From an uncultured delta proteobacterium (GTDB taxonomy: Bacteria > Desulfobacterota > Binatia > Bin18): a DNA stretch of 39,297 nucleotides. The stretch is from the NCBI GenBank assembly GCA_963733195.1, contig CAVTCR010000021.1:1-39297 (forward strand), in the 5' to 3' direction. The notes beneath the pieces were generated by a model that worked only from the letters and a program-made list of their open reading frames with translations, ran no database searches and was not told the DNA's origin. Position 1 is the first letter of the stretch. The number at the start of each line of letters is the position of its first letter. Shown here piece after piece: positions 30,711 through 39,297 of the stretch. A program made the position numbers and the translations under genes.

Positions 30711-32799
30711 TTAACCGAACAGCGCCGTTACAAACCCTAGTCTCCAGAACCCTACGACTACAGCAAGTGCTGCCACTAACAGGATGATGTAGTAGAGTCG
30801 ACCGAGGACCGTCCGTCGCCCCCCCGCCCACATTACGGCGGTGGCCACACTCATCAGCAGCACCGCAAGAGTTCCCAGCAGGGGCAGCACGAATACCCAA
30901 CGCATCGAGCTCGGCACCGCGCCAAGGAACGTGAGCAGCAGGTTGTTTGAGAAAGTTGCCCCGAGCATCCCCACGACGACCACGAGAGCAACTACGAACA
31001 ACACAAGCGCAAGCAGCGGCAACCACGGCGCCGCCGCCGCGAATCGCGTTTTCCAGTCTGAAGGCCCGGTTGCCTCGCGCCGGCCACGCAAGATCGCAGT
31101 TACTTCGCCGATCGCGTAGACGGGAATAGCTGTCATGAGGATAACCATCCCGAATGCGATTAAGACAAATCGAGCCGCATAGGTTATGAGCCCGGCTTGC
31201 GCACCCATCGCCGCCGCTTCGCGCAACGGAGGGATGACGATAAGATCTCCAGGGGTCATAAAATGTGAGGCGGGCGCCGCAGCGCAGCTTGCCTCAAGCG
31301 GTGCGCCGGGGTTGTCGAGAAACCGCTGAATGAGCTGGTTGGCACACGCGCCCTCGAAAGCTTGCCCATGTGTACCGCTGGGGAAGGCAATCGACTGATC
31401 ACGGCTGAGGCTCTCACCGACCTGGGTCGCGAATGCAGGTGGGGTAATCGGATCGAACTCACCAGAGAGCAGCAGCGTCGGCACTTCGCTCTTGACCGGC
31501 TGCAAAACGTCGCGCGGCAATAGGCCAATCTTCCAACTTCGACAGATCTCGACAATCGCGCGCGCCCCCTGCCGTCCAGACTTCACGAGGCGCGGATGCA
31601 GGTCTGGACCTGCTACTGCATCCGGATTGGAATCTCCTCGTTCCGCGCATACGACACTCATATACATGCCGTCAGCAGATTTGTCTTCGAACAGCTGCAG
31701 AGGGAGCAGGAGGCCACTGACAAAACTGAAGTCTCCTTTGTCCGCCCGGTCGATGATGTATGGGATCAGCGGCGCTGCCTGTCGGATGTACAGGGCCTGG
31801 TACAGCGCATCGGCCAGGTCTTCGCCGCTTAACTTGAGCGACAGTCGCTCGCTCGGGTTCTTAGGGTTGGTAACGGTGAGCGTCACCGGTTCCTTGTCAA
31901 GTCGGTCAAGGAGCGCAAGGAAGCGCTTTGCAAGATCAGGGAACGCGGTCGTTACAGTGAGGATCCTTGGCGCATCCCTGGAAATACTTTTCCGCAATAC
32001 GCTGCTTGACCAACGCGACGTCGGTGACCAAGTTGAACTGCATCGGCACGACGGCGTCCAACACCATACTGCGTAGATGTGCCGGATGCTGGCGCATGAA
32101 GTACTGCCCGAGCTCGGTTCCGTATGAGACCCCATAGAAGTTGATAGTGTCATAACCGAGCGCCACTCGTAGCGCCTCGACATCGTTCGCATTCTCGACG
32201 CTATTGAACGCCGAAAGATCTCCGGCTTCGCGCGTAAGACGTTCACCACAGGTGCGATACGACTCCAGCTCCTTAGAGTCTACGGTCTCTGTAGACTCGG
32301 GTTCGACTTGTTGTGCGGCTTCGCGCGTTGCTTTGGTAACTTCCGGGCACAGGAGTGCTGGTTGCGAATAGAATGTCCCGCGCTGGTCCCAGACGACGAG
32401 GTCGCGGTCTGTAGCCGGGCGGAAGTCCAGTGAACTGATGAGCACCTGGGCAAAACTATCGATTGAGGACCCTCCGGGTCCACCTTGGGCGATGAAAAGC
32501 GGATCGGGCTGACGGTTGGCCGCTTCAGACTTAATGACCACGGTCGCGAGGCGTATTGCTGGCCCCGATGGATCCGCGTGGCGGCGCGGCACGGTGACGT
32601 AACCGCACTCGATCGGACGCCCCTCGGTTTTCAGTTGGAAGGTTGTGCAGTCGGTCGGTTGCCAAGCTTTCGTGCGCCGTGAAGAGTCTATTACCGCAGA
32701 CAGCTCTTTACCGCAGACGATAAGCGTAAGAAATGCTGCGATCGCACCGACTATTTTTAGAAAAGCAGGCGAACAAAAAACCAGACATTTTCGACTCAT
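30711..32799 (-). CDS. Alpha/beta hydrolase (TAP-like peptidase) with C-terminal TM segments (frameshift ~31949)
   Basis: GGPGGS, DQRGT, GVSYG, GEFDPITP, HG; four hydrophobic C-terminal helices. Confidence 0.85.
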
Positions 32800-32833
32800 C
32801 TTATATATGAGCCCTCCATTACCGGGATTCGCC

Positions 32834-33142
32834 CTAATGTTGGTACGGGGTCCCGAGCCGTGAGATTGCTGCCTTTGGCGAATAAGGGGAAGAATAGAAA
32901 CCCACTTGATAGTTTGACCCTGCCGTCACGTCAGCAGAAGTAACCTCAAGCAGGACCATATCATGGTGAGCAAACTCAGTTGGTGGCGGGGCGGTATCTT
33001 CAACCAGCGGCCCAGCGGTGTAGTACCGATGCAAGCCAATATCCAATGGCCAAATCAATTTCTCTAAGTCCCCTTCATACGCCGGGCGACCGCCGAGCGC
33101 GACCAGACGATTCTGTGACCGGACAAACCACACTTTTGCCAT
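32834..33142 (-). CDS. Hypothetical protein
   Basis: 102-aa ORF with GAGG RBS in a run of minus-strand genes. Confidence 0.55.
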   Translation of the reverse strand: MAKVWFVRSQNRLVALGGRPAYEGDLEKLIWPLDIGLHRYYTAGPLVEDTAPPPTEFAHHDMVLLEVTSADVTAGSNYQVGFYSSPYSPKAAISRLGTPYQH

Positions 33143-33838
33143 GGCGCAGTTCCTCTAATACCTCTCTGAATCGAACAAAATCTGTGAAGTCTTGGATAAT
33201 GGCGGTTGCTCCTTCAGCGCGCAAGACCGTCTCCTTTTCTCCCTGAGCAACACCAATAAAGCTTATGCCTAACTGCCGTGCAGCGCGAACATCCCACACT
33301 CCATCGCCAACATAGGTCACGTGAGAAAATTGCTGTTGTCGGTAGATCCCTCGTGCCATAGCCATGGCAGCAGCAATAATCACCTCGCGGGTAATACCGT
33401 GATCAGCAAACGCCGCCGGGAGACCGGCAATATCGATCTGTGCTTTTTCGAGCTTCAATAATGCGGAGAGCTGCCACCCACCAGTCGCAATCGCCACTCT
33501 ATAGTTTGGATCCTGACGTAATGTTGCGAATCGCTTTGCATGCACCAGGAATCTCGGCAAAATGCCTTGGCTCTTGGTGATAGACGTCTTCCAGGAGCGC
33601 GACAAAGCGTCGTTGCAAGCGGAGGACCTCCTCAAAGGTCGGTTCGCGCTTGAGATACTCTCGGAAGATGTACTGCGTGATACCTGAATCACACACTGTC
33701 GGGTAACGCGACCAGTCGGAATTGATTCTCGTCAGGCCAAGCTCATCGAGCAAAGCGACCTGAACAAAGCATCTGATCATCAACGTGCGTGGTTTGCGTC
33801 AGGGTGCCGTCGATGTCGAAGATGACGAGATGCATCAT
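33075..33838 (-). CDS. HAD family hydrolase (frameshifts ~33780, ~33535)
   Basis: N-terminal LVIFDIDGTL, IATGG, YVGDGVWDV. Confidence 0.85.
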
Positions 33839-33839
33839 G

Positions 33840-35012
33840 TCACGCCAAAATCGGTATCACTTCTGTCTGCATCGGCGCGCCAGTCACGATCGCTTCACGC
33901 GAAGTGATGTACATATTGATCTCGCTGCGCACCCCGAATTCTCCGGCCAGGTAAATCCCTGGCTCAATCGAAAAACAGGTTCCCGGCAACACCCGTCGTT
34001 CGTCTTGTGTCTCTAAGCCATCCATGTTCGCCCCATTGCCGTGGACTTCTTCACCGATCGAATGCCCAGTACGGTGAACGAAGTAGTTACCATATCCAGC
34101 GTCAGTAATGACTTTGCGTGTGACCGCATCTACTTCATAACCAGCAAACGATTGCTCACGCGCGACTCGCTCTTTAACAAAGGCGATGGCTGCATCACGA
34201 CCATTCCGCACATGATTGAAAATCTCTTGATAGCGAGCCGGGACTTCTTTGCCCATGAACCCGGTCCAGGTGATGTCTGCATAGACGCCACCGGGTTCCT
34301 TAGCCCATAAGTCGATCAACACGAAGTCGCCCGGGCGAATGAGTGACGAGCCCTCGGGCTGCGGCTCGTAATGCGGGTCAGCACTGTGCGCGTTAATCCC
34401 CACAATCGGTGGATGATGGGTCGTCAAACCGCGCGCCTTGAAGCGCTCAATGATGAATTGCTGGACCGCGTATTCGCTAATCGGTGCATGTTGGCGGATA
34501 TAAGCGAATGCTTCATCAACCGTCTCGCGCACGCCCTTTGCCGCTCGCAAGTGACTCTCCCATTGGGCCGTAGTCCATACTGCCTCAAATTGTTGTACCA
34601 GATCCGCCGCAGACACGATTTCGACACCAAACTGGCGAATCAACTCGATCGTGCCAGCATCGACACGTGAGACATAGGGAATCGCATTCCCCGGTGAGTA
34701 CTGCATAGCGATTCGCTGCCGTCCCTGCAGAGTTTCGGCCAGCGCCGCCTGTAATTGCTGCCAGGAAAGAAAGACTTTCTTCTGACCAGGAAGCATATCC
34801 AAGCGACGAGGCTCTACGCTGGACACAATTCCCACCGGTTCGCCTTGATCTGGAATGAAATAATACCAGCGACGCGTAGAAATCGTCGTTGCATCAAGCC
34901 CTAAAATACGATACGCAAGCGGATCGCTACCGCGAAAATCGTAGAACAACCAGCCGTCGACCTGTTCATGGCGGAGCGCTTCTTGGATATCGCTAAGACG
35001 TTGTTGCAGCAT
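33840..35012 (-). CDS. M24 family (Xaa-Pro) aminopeptidase
   Basis: DLWAK, ADITW, HRTGHSIG, SIEPGIY, GVRSE metal ligands. Confidence 0.9.
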   Translation of the reverse strand: MLQQRLSDIQEALRHEQVDGWLFYDFRGSDPLAYRILGLDATTISTRRWYYFIPDQGEPVGIVSSVEPRRLDMLPGQKKVFLSWQQLQAALAETLQGRQRIAMQYSPGNAIPYVSRVDAGTIELIRQFGVEIVSAADLVQQFEAVWTTAQWESHLRAAKGVRETVDEAFAYIRQHAPISEYAVQQFIIERFKARGLTTHHPPIVGINAHSADPHYEPQPEGSSLIRPGDFVLIDLWAKEPGGVYADITWTGFMGKEVPARYQEIFNHVRNGRDAAIAFVKERVAREQSFAGYEVDAVTRKVITDAGYGNYFVHRTGHSIGEEVHGNGANMDGLETQDERRVLPGTCFSIEPGIYLAGEFGVRSEINMYITSREAIVTGAPMQTEVIPILA

Positions 35013-35078
35013 GGCTTTTTCCCCTTCACCTTGCGGCTCTGACGGCAAGGTGGTAATAGTAGCGAGCGGAGGTTAAGA

Positions 35079-35297
35079 ATGAAAGACGGTATTCATCCCA
35101 AATACGAGAAATGCGTGGTCACGTGTGCCTGTGGCAACACCTTTGAGACGCGGTCAACATCTCCCACTATGCACCTTGATGTCTGCTCGGCTTGCCATCC
35201 GTTCTACACTGGCAAGCAACGTCTTATGGACACCGGTGGCCGGGTGGAACGATTCCGCCGTCGTTACGGCAAAACTGGAGAAGCAGCTCAGGCGTAG
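35079..35297 (+). CDS. rpmE: 50S ribosomal protein L31 (Zn-binding type)
   Basis: [35 protein letters not shown]. Confidence 0.98.
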   Translation: MKDGIHPKYEKCVVTCACGNTFETRSTSPTMHLDVCSACHPFYTGKQRLMDTGGRVERFRRRYGKTGEAAQA

Positions 35298-35355
35298 CTC
35301 TTCGTCCCCCTCTCAATTCCGGTTTGGCGGTACGAGAGTGAGGAAGCAACATCTT

Positions 35356-35388
35356 GTAGGGGCGGTTTACACACCGCCCCTACTTTTT
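35356..35388 (+). terminator. GTAG-type REP hairpin followed by a T run; possible terminator/attenuator between rpmE and prfA
   Basis: GTAGGGGCGG-tttacaca-CCGCCCCTAC-ttttt, perfect 10-bp stem. Confidence 0.6.
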
Positions 35389-35428
35389 CGTCTACCATCC
35401 CGTTTCGTCTTCCAATAGAGATATTCTT

Positions 35429-36505
35429 ATGAGTGGTGCTGAAACGATCGTCGACAAGTTGCGCAGTGTCGAGAAAAGATACCAGGAACTTGAAGACGCC
35501 TTGATTCGTCCCGAGGCAATGAACAACCAGAACGAGTACAAGAAACTCGCTAAGGAACGCTCTTCGTTGGAAGAAGTCGTCGTCTGTTTTCGGGAGTGGC
35601 AAAAAGTCACCCAAGAACTCGAAGAGAGCAAAGTACTGCTGGAAGATCAGGACCCCGCCGTACGTGAGCTTGCGCAAGAGGAACAGCTCTCGTTGCGGGC
35701 AAGATACGATCGCCTCGAAGACGATATCCGACGGCTATTGATTCCCAAAGATCCGCTTGACGAAAAGAACGTGCTATTAGAAATCCGCGCTGGCACGGGT
35801 GGGGAAGAAGCGAGTCTGTTTGCTGCGAGTCTGTTCCGTATGTATTCGCGGTATGCGGAGCGGCACCGATGGCGACTGGAAGTGATGAGCTCCAACGCCA
35901 CCGGCTTGGGCGGATTTAAAGAAGTCATCAGCTTGATCGAAGGCAAGGGAGCATATAGTCGCCTGAAGTTTGAAGGTGGCGTGCATCGCGTCCAGCGTGT
36001 ACCAGAGACAGAAGCCTCTGGGCGTATTCATACGTCAGCAGTCACGGTCGCGGTGTTACCAGAAGCCGATGACGTGGATGTTCACATCGATGAAAAAGAT
36101 CTCCGCATCGACGTGTTCCGTTCCTCTGGTCCGGGCGGACAAAGTGTGAACACAACTGACTCAGCTGTGCGAATTACCCATATCCCCAGTGGGATTGTGG
36201 TTTCTTGTCAAGATGAAAAATCGCAGCACAAGAACAAAGCCAAAGGGTTGAAAATTTTGCGCGCCCGGTTATTGGAACGTGCACGTGAAGAACAACAGGC
36301 AGCGATCACCGCTTCTCGGCGCAGTATGGTCGGCTCGGGAGACCGTTCTGAACGCATCCGCACCTACAATTTTCCCCAGTCGCGACTGACCGACCATCGG
36401 ATTAATCTCACAGTCTATACACTGGATCGCGTACTGGATGGGGAACTCGACGCAGTATTCGACGCGCTGAATACCTCGCATCAAGCGGAGATGCTTTCCG
36501 AATAG
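35429..36505 (+). CDS. prfA: Peptide chain release factor 1
   Basis: GGQ motif, PET (PxT) stop-recognition motif, [10 protein letters not shown]; precedes prmC. Confidence 0.98.
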   Translation: MSGAETIVDKLRSVEKRYQELEDALIRPEAMNNQNEYKKLAKERSSLEEVVVCFREWQKVTQELEESKVLLEDQDPAVRELAQEEQLSLRARYDRLEDDIRRLLIPKDPLDEKNVLLEIRAGTGGEEASLFAASLFRMYSRYAERHRWRLEVMSSNATGLGGFKEVISLIEGKGAYSRLKFEGGVHRVQRVPETEASGRIHTSAVTVAVLPEADDVDVHIDEKDLRIDVFRSSGPGGQSVNTTDSAVRITHIPSGIVVSCQDEKSQHKNKAKGLKILRARLLERAREEQQAAITASRRSMVGSGDRSERIRTYNFPQSRLTDHRINLTVYTLDRVLDGELDAVFDALNTSHQAEMLSE

Positions 36506-36666
36506 GCTATAGGTTGAAGGCTTCAGGCTACAGGGAAACGGCAAAGCAAAAATCAAAAGGCAAAAGTAGAAAAAGAAGAACAGGTTACAGGCTGAAGGCT
36601 TCAGGCTTGAGGGAAAAGTGACGTGTTCCCTACACCTAAACATAAGCCTCCAGCCTTACAGCCTTG
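36505..36666. repeat. Heptamer tandem repeats in inverted blocks
   Basis: ggctata/ggttgaa/ggcttca/ggctaca, caaaa runs, then complementary agcctcc/agcctt. Confidence 0.7.
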
Positions 36667-36676
36667 CCCGCCTGAT

Positions 36677-37645
36677 ATGCCCTTGTCCATTCATGACGTC
36701 CTTGCCCAAGCCAGCGAAGCCCTGACAATCCACGGCATCCCCAACCCTCGATTAGATGCCGAAGTGTTGCTCGCATATGTACTCGGACTCACGCGTGCAG
36801 GCTTCTATGCACGACTACAGGATGACCTCTCTGAAGTAGACACTGTACGGTTTCATCAGTTGCTCCATCGCCGCTTACAGCGCGAGCCGTTACAGTACAT
36901 TACCGGTGTACAAGAGTTTTGGTCGCTTGAATTCATAGTAAACCGAGACGTTTTGATCCCTCGCCCAGAGACCGAACTGGTCGTCGAAACGGCGCTAAAC
37001 CTATTGGGCAAAAGGCAAAAATCAAAAATCAAAAATCAAAAATCAAAAGCCGAGAACCCGGCCTTTAGAGTCCTGGACTCTGGACTCTGGACTCTGGATC
37101 TCCGCACTCCCGACTCCCGACCCCCGACTCCCAAAATCCTAGACCTCGGTACTGGAAGCGGTTGCATCGCCATCGCGCTCGCCAAAGAATTGCCTGGCGT
37201 AGAGGTGTGGGCGACCGAGATATCAAGTACCGCTCTCGCTGTCGCTCAGGAAAATGCGCGACGACATGGTGTAGCTGAACGCACGCATTTCCTTCAGGGA
37301 GATTTATTCACGCCGCTCCAACAGCAAGGGATTACTTTTGATCTCATCGTTTCCAATCCACCGTATATCGTTCACGACGATATCCCAACGCTTCAACCGG
37401 AGGTGAGCGCCTGGGAACCTCACAGCGCCTTAGACGGCGGGCCGGACGGGCTCAACTTTTACCGCCGTCTGCTGAACGAGAGTCCTAAGTATCTTCGTTC
37501 AGGCGGCTACCTCGTGATGGAAGTTGGCCACGACCAAGGGGCAGCTATCTTACATCTCGCGCAGGAACAACCGGGACTGACGGCCAGCTCGTGTGTGCTC
37601 GATTACGAAGGTCGTGAACGGGTGATTACAGCGCGAAAACGCTAG
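36677..37645 (+). CDS. prmC: Release factor glutamine methyltransferase with a 42-aa repeat-derived insertion
   Basis: REPLQYITG, VLIPRPETE, ILDLGTGSG, SNPPY, ALDGGPDG. Confidence 0.95.
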   Translation: MPLSIHDVLAQASEALTIHGIPNPRLDAEVLLAYVLGLTRAGFYARLQDDLSEVDTVRFHQLLHRRLQREPLQYITGVQEFWSLEFIVNRDVLIPRPETELVVETALNLLGKRQKSKIKNQKSKAENPAFRVLDSGLWTLDLRTPDSRPPTPKILDLGTGSGCIAIALAKELPGVEVWATEISSTALAVAQENARRHGVAERTHFLQGDLFTPLQQQGITFDLIVSNPPYIVHDDIPTLQPEVSAWEPHSALDGGPDGLNFYRRLLNESPKYLRSGGYLVMEVGHDQGAAILHLAQEQPGLTASSCVLDYEGRERVITARKR

Positions 37646-37679
37646 TGTTGCATCTCATTGATTCTGATGGGTTCGATTT

Positions 37680-37777
37680 CGTCATGCCAGCGAAAGCTGG
37701 CATCCAGGAGAATTAAGCATTTGCCTGTGGTTATGCCTGCTGGATTCCGGGTCTCGCTTTGCTCGCCCGGAATGACG
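37680..37777. repeat. GTCAT(G/T)CC..GG(C/A)ATCC / GGATTCC..GGAATGAC palindromic repeat pair
   Basis: Same family as the repeats at 4293, 10752, 24221. Confidence 0.75.
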
Positions 37778-37834
37778 CCACCACTGCCACCCCTCATAAT
37801 CAACATGACTGACTACCAGCTCTCCAGTGACATT

Positions 37835-37863
37835 TTGCAATGGCGAAAAAAGTCGGTTAGAGT
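37835..37863 (+). promoter_or_regulatory. Putative sigma70 promoter for murA
   Basis: TTGCAA-17 bp-TAGAGT, ~140 bp upstream of the ATG. Confidence 0.5.
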
Positions 37864-38002
37864 GTTACGCGTAAGCAATCTCGCCGAAGCGAGAATACGT
37901 ACCGGGGTCACACCAGAGCAGGGAGTTCCGTCAGTTACGAACATGCGTCCGTAAAGAGCCCGAGGCGTTACCCAAGTAACGTCCGGCAGAAAGATCCGTA
38001 GT

Positions 38003-39262
38003 ATGGACAGGATTGTCGTGCGGGGTGGAGTGTCGTTGCGAGGTGAGGTGAGTGTCGGTGGATCAAAGAATGCGGCCTTGCCGCTTCTGTTTGCCACATT
38101 GCTGACAGAGGAAGAGTGTCGCCTCGATCGTGTTCCGCGACTAGTCGATATTCGTACTGCCCTTCGCCTCCTTAGGGAGTTCGGAGCGCAGTCTGACTGG
38201 CTGAGTGATCATGAAGTCGCAGTGACTGCACGTACTGTTCGCCACTTAGAGGCCCCATATGATCTCGTCAAAACCATGCGTGCCTCGTTCCTGGTCCTTG
38301 GACCATTGTTGGCACGTTTTGGCCGTGCCCGTGTCTCCACACCAGGTGGCTGTGCGATTGGTGCACGACCGGTGAATATTCACCTTGACGGGCTACAACA
38401 ACTCGGCGCAACGATTCGGATACAGCAAGGCTATGTCGAAGCCGAAGCCAAGCGCTTACGCGGCGCGCATATCGTCTTTGAGTTTCCTTCCGTGGGCGCA
38501 ACAGAAAATTTGATGATGGCGGCGACCCTAGCAGACGGTACTACGGTCTTGGAAAACTCTGCCTGTGAGCCAGAAATTGAAGATCTTGCGACCATGCTCA
38601 ACGCCATGGGAGCGCGTATCAGTGGAGCGGGAACCAGCACTATTACTATTGATGGAGTGACGTCCCTGCATGGCATCACCCACGAAGTAATTGTCGATCG
38701 CGTCGAAGCCGGAACCTTTCTCATTGCTGGAGCTATCACTTCAGGTGAAGTCTTCGTGCGTGGTGCCCGGGCGGACCACCTCCGCGCGTTTCTTGATAAA
38801 CTACAGGATGTAGGAGTCAACATTGAAGAGAAAGCTGAGGGCCTCATCGCTTCCTGCACCGAGCGACCTTCGGGCGTAGACATCATCACCTGGCCCTACC
38901 CTGGCTTTCCCACGGACCTCCAAGCGCAGATGATGGCACTCTTAGCGCTAGGGGATGGACGGAGCCTGATCACAGAAACGGTTTTCGAGAACCGCTTCAT
39001 GCATGCCCAGGAGCTGGCACGATTGGGAGCAGACATCCTTATCCGAGGTAACACCGCAGCAGTGAACGGGGTAGCTTTCCTCAGTGGCGCACCGGTCATG
39101 GCCACCGACCTGCGCGCCAGCGTATCGCTGATCCTTGCCGCATTAGCAGCGCAAGGTACAACTGAGGTGTCCCGCGTCTATCATCTCGACCGTGGCTACG
39201 AGTCACTCGAAGAGAAACTTTCTCAGCTTGGGGCCGATATTCGGCGGGTGAGTGAGAAGTGA
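38003..39262 (+). CDS. murA: UDP-N-acetylglucosamine 1-carboxyvinyltransferase
   Basis: GSKNAALP, PGGCAIGARP (active-site Cys), PGFPTDLQAQ, TDLRA, HLDRGYE. Confidence 0.98.
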   Translation: MDRIVVRGGVSLRGEVSVGGSKNAALPLLFATLLTEEECRLDRVPRLVDIRTALRLLREFGAQSDWLSDHEVAVTARTVRHLEAPYDLVKTMRASFLVLGPLLARFGRARVSTPGGCAIGARPVNIHLDGLQQLGATIRIQQGYVEAEAKRLRGAHIVFEFPSVGATENLMMAATLADGTTVLENSACEPEIEDLATMLNAMGARISGAGTSTITIDGVTSLHGITHEVIVDRVEAGTFLIAGAITSGEVFVRGARADHLRAFLDKLQDVGVNIEEKAEGLIASCTERPSGVDIITWPYPGFPTDLQAQMMALLALGDGRSLITETVFENRFMHAQELARLGADILIRGNTAAVNGVAFLSGAPVMATDLRASVSLILAALAAQGTTEVSRVYHLDRGYESLEEKLSQLGADIRRVSEK

Positions 39263-39297
39263 GATTGCCGCCATTGGGCTTGTCGCTTTTACTCCTC

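Noticed and set aside
37864-38002. Riboswitch/ncRNA in the murA leader
   Set aside because: Only short hairpins; no recognisable family motif
1-39297. tRNA/rRNA genes, IS transposases, integrases, prophage
   Set aside because: No supporting motifs seen

Overview
Bacterial chromosomal window. Gene content (several amidohydrolase paralogues, an F420-dependent LLM enzyme, DMFase, NHase, many small palindromic repeats) suggests a Binatia/'Deltaproteobacteria'-like organism; this is inference only. Single-base frameshifts in many genes suggest an imperfectly polished long-read assembly. Layout: (1) 1-3.3 kb, MFS, dienelactone hydrolase and cyclase. (2) 3.5-8.5 kb, a defence-like islet with an RHH-like gene, an HNH nuclease, a short TIR gene and a convergent STAND/NB-ARC gene ending in about nine near-identical 144-bp TPR-like repeats. 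(3) 8.7-35 kb, catabolic/accessory genes including amidohydrolases, an NHase-alpha/accessory fusion, DMFase, a TA pair and an ORF6N gene between hairpin direct repeats. (4) 35-39.3 kb, core rpmE-prfA-prmC-murA. The most striking signal is a one-strand C->T conversion tract inside the repeat array. It begins abruptly at ~5095 and fades steadily to ~5820. It is either a hypermutation footprint or a sequencing/consensus artefact; raw reads are needed to decide.
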